Part shown: positions 1 to 22,153 of the stretch, piece after piece | Layout: each line of letters begins with the position of its first letter | Position numbering within the stretch: position 1 is the first letter of the stretch | Position numbers and translations under genes: made by a program | The notes under the pieces: generated by a model | Database searches by the model: none | The model's input: only the letters and a program-made list of their open reading frames with translations | Told to the model about the DNA's origin: nothing | Origin: Antedon mediterranea | Lineage: Eukaryota > Animalia > Echinodermata | Assembly: GCF_964355755.1 (NCBI RefSeq) | Contig: NC_092675.1 | Coordinates: forward strand, 19,192,912 to 19,256,911 | Direction: 5' to 3' | Length of the DNA: 64,000 nucleotides

Positions 1-133
1 TGATCCAGATCCCAATTCAGAATAACTTTTCACTTATTAACCCTGGCAGATGACACTTTTTTGCAATGGCAACTTGGAGTATGCTTGCCAACGGGTATCA
101 TCATAATATTATAGTATTATTCTCAAATGTTAC

Positions 134-7977
<7,844 letters not shown>

Positions 7978-9574
7978 TTAATGTTTTTCAAAATTGCATA
8001 TCAAAAGTAGTTTAATAATTTCAAAATTTTGTTTATGTACTATTTTCCAGAATAGTAGGAGCTTTTCACATCAATTATTTCGAAGCAATGGACTAAACAA
8101 TTATGATCTAACATATAGAAATTGGTGTATAGACAAAGATTGAAAATCTTTAAAAACAAATAATCAGTTTGTGTACACATTCACAGTACGCAATTCTCAT
8201 TAATGTACTGTATTTCCACATACAATTGCCTAGTATCATATCAAAAGTCCATAATATACAGTAGGAGCTCATGTGTACCACATGTGGTGTCTGTATCATG
8301 TATAGTTGGGTTACGGCTTAGGTTATGGTCTATGATACTAGGCAATACATGTGAAACACATGTGATGCTGTATAACAGAATTTTCCTATGATACTGGAGA
8401 AATTTAGATACATGATCATAATCAGCTGATTAATAATGCGTGAAATGCTAATCTGGGTGGAAAGGATTCAAACCAAATACAATTATGACCCAGTTCAGAT
8501 TGGAAGTGAGAGATTTGAACCATTACAATAACAATGCCTACTAGCTACCATCTAACAAAAGCTACCAGTACCTGTTTAGTCAAGAAAGCAAAATGATATT
8601 AAAAACTGTGTGAACCTGTGCTACGTGGGAAGCTACTCTGAAGAAAGTTACGCAGAATTAAGGTGTTCACACATTAAACAACCGTAACAGGAAATATCTG
8701 AAGGAGTAAAATCCTGATACTAGACCATGATTGTCAGAAACCTTCTAATCAAGGCGAAACCTTCAGGATGTCCGACTACTTGTTGTTCAAAAAAATAATA
8801 CTATTTATTGTTAAAATACAACTGGCTGATTGTGCAACTAACGCAACATCGATGCAGGATACAGGATATGCAATTAAATACAAATATTTAAATATAATTA
8901 TTTATGGTAGTTGCAGTGCATGGCAAGTTGTAGCAAAATGCTTCAGAAATGAATGGTTAATTAATATAAAGTCATGACAATTAAAGGTGCTGGTTTGTAA
9001 TAATATTAAAAATCTTAAATAATATTAATTAGCAGTGATCAAAACTAAATATTAATTCAAATTAGAATAAAATCAATACATCAAATAAAAAGCACACTAA
9101 CAGGAAACTTACTGTAAAGTATAATATTAACATTAAATATTGACAAAAACAACTGAAAAATGCAAAATGAAAATTAAACTTCTGCCAAAAATTAAAGCCA
9201 TGCACAAAAAGCAAATATAAATAAATATGAATTACCAAAAAAATATCAAAAGCTGTATCGTACTCGTAGTATGTTAATGAACGTACTGCTGATACTACAC
9301 CTCTCAGTCATACTATTAGTATTACTATGTAAATAGTATTGTATTCGGTGGTGTATAGTAATTGGCATTCTTAATACATAAATAGCAAATGGGACTTTTT
9401 CTTTTTTTTGGGATGGGATTTTTTTTATTGTATTACATTTTATTTCCTTTAACAAAGTACATTGAATAACAAATTGAGGAAATAATACATACATTTTGGA
9501 AAATTTGTATTTTATTTATAAATAATATAGAAATTTGTATTTACATTTTTAAATCAAAAGGCAAGTTACTAAAA

Positions 9575-9674
9575 AAAATGACAATGCTGTAGGTATCGGT
9601 GGCTGGATCTCAATGGAGATACAAAATGACAATGCTGTAGGTATCGGTGGCTGGATCTCAATGGAGATACAAAA
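9575..9674. repeat. Perfect tandem duplication of a 48-bp unit
   Basis: aaaatgacaatgctgtaggtatcggtggctggatctcaatggagatac occurs twice head to tail. Confidence 0.95.
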
Positions 9675-12600
9675 AAAGCCAAAACGATAAAGTAAAACAG
9701 CCAGAAAAGTTAGCAGCAGAGCTTTTGGGCAACACTATATTTTTAAGGCGTATTCAGATTTTAATGCAAGGTCCTAGGTGAAACATTGCATGATGTTTAA
9801 ATTACAACCCAGTACATGCTCTTCCTCCAAAGGGTCATGTATCCACTACAGGTAGTCTCTGAACATGACAAGGGCTGCCTAAACTAGTTATCCAGGACGT
9901 ATCACTCACCTTGTTTTGTTTCTTTTAATAAAACCATTACTGTACAAATTGTGTACTCTGGACCGATTATTTATAGTAATCCTTATCCAAGAAAATAAAT
10001 TTTATCACCACCAGTAATATGGGACGAGTCAGCCTGTATGTTATGGTTACAGTAATTATGATGCCCTTGTATTAATAACTATTAGTTACACAATTTAATA
10101 CTTCTTTAGTAATATTATTTTATTAAATGCATTTCATAATACCATATGGCAAGTCTGTAAAAAGATCATTCATATCATACATGTACTGTAAATAATGTCT
10201 TTCCAAGTATTTTAATAAAAGCTGCTTTTAAAGGTTCTCAGTAATTTCGTAACAATTAGAGCGATTCACACAAAAATGATACCGACTGTTTGCAATAGAT
10301 ACAGTATTTATTATGGCAACCTTCAATTATTACTATTATACTAATTCATTCTTTAACAATCAAACAATTCACACTATTTTAATAGTTTGTAAAATCTAAT
10401 TCTATTTTTAAACATTAATAAGTACATGCCTCTTATCAACAGCTCTCTATCAACTAAAATTATTCTTTACCAAAATTCTGTGTAAACATGCATCCCCCAA
10501 AGTGGTTTTCCAGAAGTTATTTGCTTTAAACAATAGCTGTTTATAAGTGGTCTACGTGTTTATGTCACCTACAAAAGTTAACCAACAATTATTCTCCACA
10601 CTTTGGTAATTTATCCAAAAGAAAAGAGGAGGGGCATATACTGTACAGTAATGTAAGGAGATACAATGAATACCTAAATAAAGTAATAAGTCTGAAATAC
10701 ATTCATGAATTCAGTATACTTTACACTTGTTTACTACTGTATAATTATTAATATAATATAATCACAATATTATGTACTGTACACTACACTACAGAAACTA
10801 CTGTAGCAGAATTGTCTTCCTACTGTACAACCTATTAACACTCGTTGCTTGACCATTATGATTATAATTTTATTGCGTTAACTGTAAAACAATGACCATG
10901 CAATTATTTGAATTTTCTACTCACAGTCACTTTCTTGTAAAAATGATTAGACATTGTTATGGAAGGTTAAAGGTCAACAACCACCATCAGACAAACGTAA
11001 AATACTCTTACAAATATACTTTCTAAAAATCTGAAGTACAAAATTTAGCAAACGATAATATAATATTCCTGTCTGGCTACAATAAGCAAGTGCTAAGCAA
11101 AGTTATGATGTGCAAAGCACTGTGGGATAGATCGATCGACGACACGTGCAGTGAAGCATTTGTTTCTATACATAATTTAAGATTCCTTTGTATAGATTAG
11201 TAGGAGATAATGTTGTGCATTGTGTGAGTGTACGCTTTGATCTATTCTTAAAGTTTATCTTTGGTGTTTTTCTCCCTAATGAATGATGACCTAATTGTTA
11301 CTAAAGTTCATGATGTCAAGACGTCTTTGTATTCATGACCTCCTTTGTAAATAAATCCTAGCCGCTGTTTTTATTGAAAATCAAGAACATTTTAAATATT
11401 TGAACTTTAGTTTTGTAATACATTATTAATTTTTTATTGTATACTTTTTTAAACAATTTTCCATTATCAATTAATTCGAATTTGAATTAATTTGGCAAAC
11501 TGGTCGGATACAATTGAATACCAATATTCAGTTGTTCTGTACAAATTCTCCCAAAACTGAAACATATGTTCAGTCAATACTTAAAGCATAGGATAAAGCT
11601 ATGCAATGTCCCTGTGTTTGACATATTTTAAGATCAGGCAAAACCTGTTTTTTATTAGTTCCTTCCTGGTTCCTTATTCAGGGTACAGTAGATTTTATTG
11701 TAAACTAAAGTGTTTAATCCTTATTACACAATATTCTAAATTGTATCCAAGCTTTACAATTGTATTGGCTGTGTTTACTCTACAGTAATATTAAAATGAA
11801 ACTCATGCAGCAGAACTGGTTTTCTATAGTTATTTTTAAGTTAAATACAAAATGAAAGAAAAAATACAGTATTTAAATTTTAATGCAACATTTTTATTTT
11901 ATACCTGGTGTTTATTTACAGTAACAATAATAATATTATTAATAATAATAAATTAAAGCTTACATTGCTAACTTATTAATTATCTATGCTAAACTGAATT
12001 TCTTCTCATAAATGCAGGTACAGGTATCCTCTTTTGGGTGAGGTCAGTTTATACAGGTGCAAGGTGCAAAAGAGACTTTATGACATGCATGATTGTCCTA
12101 TAGAACACCGTTACTATAGAAAACTAGTATAACCAGGCAATTGTAACAGTTATGAATAATGGTTCCCTGCCTAATAACCGCCAAGGAATTTAAACATTCA
12201 ATTTTTTTTTTTTAACTAGTGCAAGTTCAATTGATAATTTCTGTATCTTTAAAAATACATTTTTTTCACCGATTTGAACTTTCATTTTGAATATCTATGT
12301 TAATCTATGAACGCAATCTCTACTCAATTTCCCATTCTGTAGCAATTAGCATAATCATATTCTTTGTGTACCTTCTATTAACAAAGAACACCTTTAACGG
12401 AACACAGTATAAAGTTCCTCTGTGAAACAATACTAAAGCTACTGTAATAATATAGAGTATAATAACGGTTTTAAACGCCATAATAGGAAGCAATTAGACT
12501 TAAGCTTAGATAGGAAACACCCTGAAATGTCAAAGGTCATGTAATAAGTAGCAAAAAAAACTAGGCATGAGCCTGAGCTCTGTTGTGAGGATGATTTATG

Positions 12601-13519
12601 GAATGTGTGGGTAGCAGATTCATGCTAGCTGACTACAGACAATTGGCCACCAATATACAGCTAGACTTTAGGCTTACTTATGTAATTACTGTCAATTCTA
12701 GAAGAAATTAAACAATACTCCTATTGTGTAATAAAGTACTACTGTACAAATATTTAATATTATAACTAGCATGCTTGCTTGCATACAAACATGTCCACTC
12801 CTTAGTATGTATTGTAAAACATTGGTTTAAAAATTTGAATAAAACCCTAGATTTTCCTGAGATTTTTTGGATGCAACATTTGATAATGTTTATACAGTGT
12901 AGTATGTTATCTCCTGGAAATGAATTAATAAGATTAAAATAAGATAACTTGTGTTAACCTGACAAGCACTACCTTACTTAGAATTAATGAGTGTGTGTTG
13001 TCAGAACACCATTCATGCAGTCCAAATTAATGATTGTTGACTTTATCAGATAAAAAAACATTCACTCGAATATTCAGTTTTATCCACATATTGAACACTA
13101 CCTACCATTACCAAATAAATAAATAAAATGGTGTAAAATGAGAATTTGACAAAATTTAAAAAATTGACTGAGATTTGACTTCAAATTCAATGGTTAGTTT
13201 GTATTACTATAAAGTAGTGTAGTGTGTGAAAGATGACTTATAATTTGTAGACCGATGAATTTGAAACAAAATTAATTCGCCCTGATGATAATATTATTAT
13301 TACTCTGCAAGTTTAGTATCCTGGTAGAAAGATTAGCTTAGATTAAGGAAGACAGATAAAACTAAAACAAAAGGTCACTGATCATTAACATTACAAAAGC
13401 AATATTATTATAGATTAAAGACACTTCCTATTCAATTATAAAAAAATGTAGTGAAACAGTAATATTAAAATTGACAAATATGAAGTACTTTAAAACTTAC
13501 TACACCACCAGAACAGGTA

Positions 13520-13632
13520 AATTGTACTGTAGGACTAGGATGTGCTTATAACCATACCTCAGTATTGTAGTACTGTAGAATGGACTTATGCCCACATCTC
13601 AGTAATTGTACTGGATAGGATGGGCTTACTAC
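13520..13632. repeat. Degenerate ~40-bp tandem repeat, about 3 units
   Basis: Recurring attgtactg...gatg.gctta...cca.a.ctcagt. Confidence 0.55.
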
Positions 13633-16581
13633 ACAGATGGTATATGAATCTAAACTAACAATAACATTAATGAAAATTAAGCAGTTCATTAAAAAACAAG
13701 CAATAACAAATTTAGAAAATGACTAACATTAATGTACACCTATTATATAACAGTAACTCTGCTTTAAGCTTAATTTCACAAAAAATGTGCTAGATTTATT
13801 GTAAGAATTATACAGTAGGCTGTATATTAGGCTACTATTACAACAAGATTAATTAGTGATTAGCCAAAGTGGCGCATACCTCATCAGTGTTGTACCAGCA
13901 GACAACGAGACATTACGAGCGAAACGACTCAAACACAGGCACATACAACAAACACATACTTACCGTACCATATTCGGATGAACGAAAAATGACAGGCAGC
14001 TATTGGACACTCTCTGTTGTGGTAGGCTACTGGGTAGTTAGGTTTATCCACTAAAGCAGGTTTCCCAACTCAAAACTTCTAGTCAGTGTCAACTTTGACT
14101 CTCTGTGTGTACTGACACGAAGTGGCTAGTATGGTGTTTTAAAGGCTTAATTCCCAGCAGAATAAAAGTGCCGGCTTTACTTTCTTTAATAAAATACTTC
14201 ATATGATAATCTAAAAAAAGTAAACAAATATTACACATTTAGTTTTGTTGTAATATTTGTTTAACAATGAAATTACTGTATGAAAATAAACTTCAATTCA
14301 AAAGCTATTTATTATTATTGAAATAACATAAAAAATGTACGTAAATTTTTTCCAGTTGATTTTATCAGTTTAAGTTTTTACAACATAAGATTTTCAACAG
14401 TATGTTATTGTCTTATTTGATCATTAGAGTCAAAGGTTACAGACGTATATTCATGAGCAAACATCCAGGATGTGTAGCCATGAGACTAAAATACTGTTAC
14501 AATGATGCACGAGTTAAACAACGCACATTATTGTGCATTGCATGCTGGGCTCTTTTCACCACATGACTACATTTTTTAAAACTTACACTACAGCAACAAC
14601 ATAAAAATCATTTTTTTAAGATAATAGTAATTATTTGTGAAATGTAATGTAATAACATACTGAATGAATTACGGTAATTCTATTCACCTCACATGACATT
14701 TAAAATTGACAAAAATCAATGCCTGCATACAGAATTAAGGAAGCAAACAGTACAGAAAAAACCCTGTTGAATTTGCCTTTATGTATGAAGTACAGTAGGT
14801 ACACTAAAACCTGAAGGTATCTAATTAAAATTCATTCCAACAAAATTGTACAGAAAGTTAAAACATTTATAAATAAAATCGGTACAGTATATTAGGCCTA
14901 ACTGTATATTATCAAATCATCTTTATTTATAAACCAATTTATACTATGACAATTTTATTTTATATTACTTTAGAATTTAATTTTAATCAAGAAATGGCAA
15001 CAAACAATAATTGAAGAAAAAGTAATGTCAAGTTTGGGGTTGCTGCTTGAGATTTCCCAATTATGACCCTATCCTGCCAGCCACACTGTAACCATTTAAT
15101 AATAATATGTCATAAATTAAAACATACACAAAAACAAATTAATTGCCAATAACAAAAATATATGCAAGAACAAACCTTTTGAATTGGAAATTAGAATATT
15201 GGTTTCAAATCATCAATTTAAATAGCTACAGTAGGTCAATGGCCTTGCCTTTGTTTGTCTCACTGTAGCAGTATAGTGTGCGTAATAATTTATACAAAAC
15301 CACTGACCAATCACAGGGTTCAAATAATAGGGTGACTAAACAATTTATACTGTAGTTACCTCAAAATTGTTATTCATTTTAAATTCTATTGTAAAATTCA
15401 CAATATTTTAAACATGTTATCGCGCAACATTTATCAGCTGTGGTAGCCTTGTAAACAGAGTTTATGATAATTAAACAAATTCATTGTTCAACAATTATGA
15501 ATCATAAAAATAATAATGATGTTGATGAAATATTTGAAGGCTCAGTCATATTCTTGTAAAAATGTTGTATATGATGCTTAATTCTCTTATTTTTCAGATG
15601 GCTCCTAATCTTGCTGGGGCTACTGGCTGCACAGGATTGATCTATTATAAAAAATGTGCTAAATTTTAAAGATTACTGAAACATTGGACGTAGTTCAATA
15701 ACCAAAAACAATATAGTGTATATTCTTTACTAAATTATAACATTAGTTAATTTAGTCATACTGTACAGCATACAATTAGTACTGTTTATGTACAGTACAC
15801 CCTCTGTATAGTGTACACAGACCCTATATCTCCCAATTCATAACAATAATTTCTAAAATGCCCATTATGGTTACGATATGGAATGCTACATAATTAAAAT
15901 ACAGACACATTACATAACTGGAAATTAAACTCACTAGCTGGCTCTTAAATTTCAATTCTCAATATTGCTATTCATTCAATGTCATCCTATTTTCACACAT
16001 TTAACATTATTTGTAGCAGGCATTTTTCTATTTGTAATAATAGTTGAATATTTAATATGTGTCTACTGTACTGAAATAAAGTAAAATATCTAGCTTTTAT
16101 TTCATATTTTAAAATAAATGTATCATCATTAGGATTTTTTCCAGTTATGATTTAATGAGAATTGACAGATATTGCTGTTTGTACACTAGTTTATCTAGCT
16201 GGGAACTTTGTATAAAAATATAGCTCTACACTATGTCCTATAAAACAGTAGGTATTAATTATTATCCAAGTTGAGTTTAATGGACAGATTATAGAAACTA
16301 CTGTAGTATAAATGGTGCAATTGCAGATGGACTTAATCAAAGACTAATGCTATGTACCTACAACAACAAACAGTTCCTGGAAAAAGTGATCATTATCAGG
16401 TTCAAAGGTCAAAGTCAATGCACTGTACAACTATTGATTTTAAATTACACAATGGCTCCTAAAAAGCATGATCAGCATATTATGATGAATACTGTATATT
16501 GATAGAATTGAGAGGTACTGTATGTGTATTTATACAGCAGTAGTTCTATATATTATTATTATTATTACAAGTCTTTACTAA

Positions 16582-16758
16582 AGCGTGGTTCCCACTAGCG
16601 ACGCAACGCAAGGACGTAACGCAACGCAAGTGAATTGACCAATCACAAGGGATGTCTTATTCGCTTGTGATTGCTAACTGTCTATAACTTCGCTTGCCAT
16701 TGGTTAAAACGCTTGCGTTGCGTTTACGTCCTTGCGTTACGTTAGTGGGAACCCAGCT
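16582..16758. mobile_element. MITE, PIF/Harbinger-like (GGTTCCCACTA family)
   Basis: Terminal inverted repeats AGCGTGGTTCCCACTA / TAGTGGGAACCCAGCT with TWA flanks; inverted copy at 63618-63796. Confidence 0.85.
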
Positions 16759-18095
16759 TTACTGTAACTGAGTACATGATGCAATTTATAAAGTAACATT
16801 ACAGTTACTGTAGAAGAAGGGAAGACAAAATGTAGGGATGTCTCCTGTAGGGATTGGCCGTAGTCTAAAGCATTCCTCATTTGTTTATTGAGTTGTCCGA
16901 AAAGAGGAGTTCTACAGTACTGTAAAAATAATAATTATTACAATTACTGTAAATTTAAATATTATAGTAACAATAATTAAATATAAATTAACCCTGTATT
17001 TACCATTTACCTATACCAATTTCAATACAGTATTCATAATTTTCAAAAGAATACTAAAAAAAAAAAATATTATAATTACTGTAAATGGTCGATCAGTAAT
17101 TACAGTAGAAAAAATACATTTACAACTACAGCACCTTGGCTAATGATATTACTGCAAGTACTACAGTACTACATAACAGTATGAATAATTGTTTTTACCA
17201 TGTAAACTAACGTGACCTGTACTCCATCACTGAACAAATTCCCATATCAAACTGATCTCATTGCCATTCCAAACGAGAGTTTCAATCAGCAAAATTAAGT
17301 AGTTCCTCGAGATGACCATTCAGATCAGTAGGCTTCTACTTTGACAACGATGCAACGTTTATGTATACACCACAGTCATACGTCGTCTATCCATGAACAA
17401 TTTTTCCAATCATGAAAATATTTGCCCGACACTGAGCTACAGTATAAAATGATTATGAAATTTGACAGGTCGGAAGCCCCTTTTCCCACAGTTAATTAAC
17501 GACTTGTTATCCAATTAGCGAAGGATACCCAACCTATCCTGTACGCTAAAAAACAATGTCAATAAAAGAAGTAAACTCGTCTGGGCTTCTAGCTTATGAA
17601 TAACACCTATGGAATTCTTTTGTAACAAGAAAATATATTCTATATAAAGCGTTAGTGAGTCAGTAAGGTTTGTCATGTAACGTCCAATAATTATGTATGT
17701 CAATATACAGTAAGTTGTATTATCATTAATCAGGCAGCCTATAAGTTCATTCTAAATACATAGGATGAACTTAAGCTTACATTTTCTTCAATGTATTTGG
17801 CACTATTATTTTTATACTTTCTATTCTCAATGTATACCATTTTCATCAGTCTTATATAGTTAAATTTTTAAAATCAAATAATGAATATTAAATTAATATT
17901 TTTTACATTCGTCATCTTGATTATCTAAAACTGGATCCTACATTTTTTATTTTGATTTGTTTTTAACTGTTCTGTATATCTTTTAAATTAGGCCTACTAT
18001 GTATTTATATATGTTTATTTACTTTTAAACGTATAACTGGACCATTTTGGAAAGCAGTACTGCGTTACTGAAAATGCAATCCAGTCAAAAGAAAG

Positions 18096-18420
18096 AATAA
18101 ATAAATAAATACCTGGATGTTGAGACTTAAAGCAGTATTGCTTCTGTGCCCCTTGTGACCAGAACATATTCTTCTTATATAGGCTGTACTTTAACGGGTG
18201 GTTTAGACCAGTGCTTTTTTAGTGCAGTTTTAAATTGGTTTAAATTTTGAGATTCAATCACATTTTTTGGCAAAGAGTTCCAACAATTTATAGATCTATA
18301 GAGAACATTTTCTTTCTTGCTTTTGATTTCACTTTTGGTTTCTGTATTTTTAGATAATGAACCCTTGTACTGGACACTCTACTCATCTTGAAAAATTTAC
18401 TGACATTTACTTTATCGATA
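18096..18420 (-). mobile_element. 3' remnant of a CR1-type LINE
   Basis: Minus strand reads TRVHYLKIQKPKVKSKARKKMFS / SINCWNSLPKNVIESQNLNQFKTAL, like the CR1 ORF2 C-terminus (WNSLP), then a short UTR and an (ATTT)n tail. Confidence 0.7.
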
Positions 18421-20299
18421 CTATTACTATCATTTTAAATATTTCATGATGAGCACTCTTGAGTAATGTAGCAAGATTCATCATTTAATAATACTCTTCT
18501 CTATGGTAAAATAACTTAATGAAGTCGTGTACACAGTTGGGTAAATACATTTTATGTAATGCTAGTGACGGTCTGTACGTATACAGTAGTTTTCAAAATT
18601 AATTTAATTAACCATCTATCTAAAGCATTTGACATCACATGTACAGTAATAGACTACGATGACTAATATTCCATTAACTGCTATAAAACATAAAATATTA
18701 CTTATATTGTACATTATAGAATATCATCAGAGATTAACTTCCCATTAAAGGGATGTCCCTGCCATGAAGTCATAACTAAAAATAGATTATTCAAAAAGAT
18801 TGATTCAGCCAATCAGAACTGTTCAATGGCTGACATATGCACTTTCAATTGATGATGTCATCACAAAATCAATATGTTATCAAGCAAATGTATACTGTAC
18901 CTGTAAAATGCAATAAAATAATATTTATATCTGATCTACTGTATATTTTTACACTTTACAGCCTCTGGACTGTAAAAGAAATTTCCGTATATTTTTTATT
19001 GGTCAAAAATATTCATTTATTTTGTAGAAAATTCAATTCAGTCAACATATTTATACTGGCCACCATAAAAACCAGTGACCAATGATTACTAAACCATGTA
19101 TGACGGCATCCTCATACTTATTTTTAATCTGTATTTTTTTAATATTCAGTATTAAAATAAATTCAAAAAAATAATATTCTGTTTTATTATAATATAATTT
19201 CATCAAATCATATTCAAAAACAAATATGTAATATGCACTGTTTGAACATTTTAATATTTAATATTCATAAACCCAATAATTTGACCAGAGTTAGTATTGA
19301 AAAAACAGCTCAATTCATTATTCTTTGATTAAATACTGTTCAAGTTAAGAAGTAATTTCCAGAATTGTAATCTTAGACAAAACATTGAATGTGAAAACTA
19401 ATCAATTTAAATCTAGAATATTTAATTTATTCCTCCTCCATAATTAGACTGTGACCCAGATAACAGTCTATTTAATACTTTTATTTATATAAATATTATC
19501 GAGAGGTAAGGAATGCAGTGTGTGAGGTAACAAGGGGTGGCTATGTACTGTAAGGGGATTTTGGGACCATAACCCCAGGCCTTATACTTCCTTACAATAT
19601 TGTATAACATTCAACATGTAGCCCTAGAGGGACCTTGGTTAAATAAGGAGGTGTCTGATCAGTTCGGCCGCCGGTTTATGGAATGACCAAATTCATGGCA
19701 CGTCACCAAGGGCAATTATGCATTTCGACCGCCAGATTGTAAGCATTGTTGAATATGTATGACATGCCATGTGTGCCAAAATATTTATATTCTACTAATA
19801 TTCCCTGAAATATAAACTCATACAGTTTTGATCTTTAGTACACAAAGGAAAAATTAGTTACAGTTCATTTTATTATTAGTATTAAAAACGTCATTATTTA
19901 CAATGTCGTGTTATAAAAAAAAGGGGACTCCTGGACTCCTCAGTCATCAGCCCATGACACATGCAACACAGCAACATAATTCTCTAAAATATTCGATAAA
20001 ATGGTAAAGTACACAAAGAAAAAATTAGTTATCGTTTATTTTATTATTATTAGTAATAAAAGACTTTTCTATTTACATACTATAACATGTTTATATATTA
20101 TAATGAGTATTTATTGATTGGCGGGTGACAATGGACAGTCAGAAGGATCCACAACAAGAAGGCAATGTCTACGCCCACAGATCACATGGTAGCGCATATT
20201 ATTGTGCAGGAGGTACGCATGATTCTCAGACAAGTAATGGATTGAATCAAAATATTCATTCACTCATTCAATGCAGCCTACCTATGCAACTTTCACTTG

Positions 20300-20625
20300 C
20301 ACCACCACCGCCTGACGCGCCCCGAACCGATTAAATCAAGATGAGTCCGCGGCCGGTGGGCCTAAATTATACAACATACACCCTTGAAAATAATAAAATC
20401 ACAGCAATATACAATTTATTTTTACAACATTCTTAATCACAGATTTATATATTTTGCAAAAAAATGATTAAAAACTCACGCTAAACACTTTAACATTGTC
20501 AAATTAACATCTAATAATCCATTCGTTTTCGTACAGTACAGCGGTATTCCCCATTGACGAAAATTACACAGAAGAAAAGACGTCAGCAAAATTTTGTTCG
20601 TAAAGTGAAAGATAGAGGGCGTGAA
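20300..20625 (-). promoter_or_regulatory. Candidate JNK promoter and first non-coding exon
   Basis: Local CpG enrichment and a minus-strand donor AGC|gtgagt at 20479. Confidence 0.4.
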
Positions 20626-20648
20626 CACAATATTTTTGATCATCATTC

Positions 20649-20691
20649 ACATCATCATAGTCAATAGAAAGTCAATTGACTATGACATCAT
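20649..20691. mobile_element. 29-bp hairpin CATAG...CTATG with 7-bp direct repeats (candidate P-element excision footprint)
   Basis: ACATCAT | CATAGTCAAT-AGAAAGTCA-ATTGACTATG | ACATCAT. Confidence 0.65.
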
Positions 20692-21384
20692 ATTTCAACA
20701 ATATTTATCATTATTATCATATCATCAATAGCAAAATTGTGTTATAATTTTCATAGTTTCAACATCAAGAAAGGATTCGCTTAAAAAATTAATTTTCTGA
20801 ATATAATTTATTTAATTTCCTTCTTAACCAGAAGTCGTCTAATAAGTTTGATGACCTCTAAACATCAATATTATTATAATATAAATTATAATATAATATA
20901 AAAATATATAATGAAATAGTTCGAACTGTATTGTTTATCTTTATTTCCATATTTCAAATTATAATAAATACAATTTCCAGGGACCTATCAGCTCTATTTT
21001 TCCAAATGTTTAACTCAACCCCAATCATGGTGGAGCTGAAAGTTGTGGCCAGTATTATATATTTTGTTTCACATTTCAACAAAATCATGCAAATTTCTAT
21101 TTCCGGTGACCTAGTTCAGTCTCAAGGGGTGGAGACTGGTCGGGGGTTAGTTCCGCACCCCAGACAGCAACCAGCCTAAACATCTGCGTTGGCAAGAGGC
21201 ATCCTTTAAAGTAGATAGCGAGAGATATGAAGGTAGGAATCGCAAAAATAGTATACAAATTTCCTAAATTAATATATATAAACACATCAGGCAATGAACA
21301 TTAATTCTAAACCGCCCGGTGATTTACTGAAATTTAATTAATTAATTTGAAATGATAAAGATGAGGAAATCTGTGAGAATGAGA

Positions 21385-21440
21385 AAAAGTCGCCCCAACC
21401 GGACCGCCTGCTTGATATGCAGATGTCCTAACCATATATA
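21385..21440 (-). pseudogene. Degenerate tRNA-derived head (SINE-like)
   Basis: Minus strand TGGTTAGGACATCTGCATATCAAGCAGGCGGTCCGGTT resembles a tRNA A box plus anticodon arm. Confidence 0.35.
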
Positions 21441-21664
21441 GATATCTCTCTTTTAAAATAAAAGAAAAACAAAAGTATTTTTCCAAAAAGAAGATTCGAA
21501 CCCAAGCTACTTAGAGTACTTGAAACATAGCATTATCCGTTACGACACAAAGTACATGACTGAACAGCTGATAATAGTCTATTTATGCCTCATATTACGT
21601 AATTCATCATTACGTCATGGGTATACATATTCATCAACGTCATCTTGTATACAGTAAACAAGAT

Positions 21665-21730
21665 GGCCGGTTAGCTCAGTCGACTGAGCTTCGTATAACA
21701 ACACGAATGTCGTGGGTTCGAATCCCATGT
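21665..21730 (+). pseudogene. tRNA-Ile-like pseudogene or SINE head
   Basis: GGCCGGTTAGCTCAGT...GGGTTCGAATCCC; anticodon arm degenerate, 3' acceptor strand missing. Confidence 0.55.
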
Positions 21731-22153
21731 AGATAAAATAGAGTTAAAGCTATGCAAGCTACTGGGTTTCGGGTAACAGAAATATACGTCCCCTTTCCAC
21801 CACACATCATGAGGCAGCAACATCAATGCATCTGGTGAGGTGGTTGAAACGACCCCAAGGCTGTGGCAAGGCCTTAGTGCTGAGGAGGCAGGGAGAGCAC
21901 ACCATAACATCTTTTTGTTACTGTTGCTTACGCCACTGTATTCGATCTCGTCAATTTTATGTTTAGCGCCCTCAATTTTAATGTCGGAAAAAAAGGAATT
22001 ACAGTAATAGAAGAGAATGTATATCGAAATTAGTAGTTGTACGACAGACACGGTTTGGTATGCTGTGCGTTGTTATGCAAATGAGTTTGTGCAGGAACAC
22101 CCGCATTATACTACTAAATAATTCGAACCCGCCGTTCTTTTAAGTTCTTTTAT

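Noticed and set aside
11587-11603. CATAG-GATAAAG-CTATG as another P footprint
   Set aside because: Only 5-bp arms and no flanking direct repeat.
20125-20334. 69-aa ORF ending PPPPDAPRTD
   Set aside because: Non-ATG start, no recognisable domain; lies in a CpG-enriched promoter-like region.
21671-22051. 126-aa minus-strand ORF
   Set aside because: Antisense to a tRNA-derived repeat, with no homology cues.
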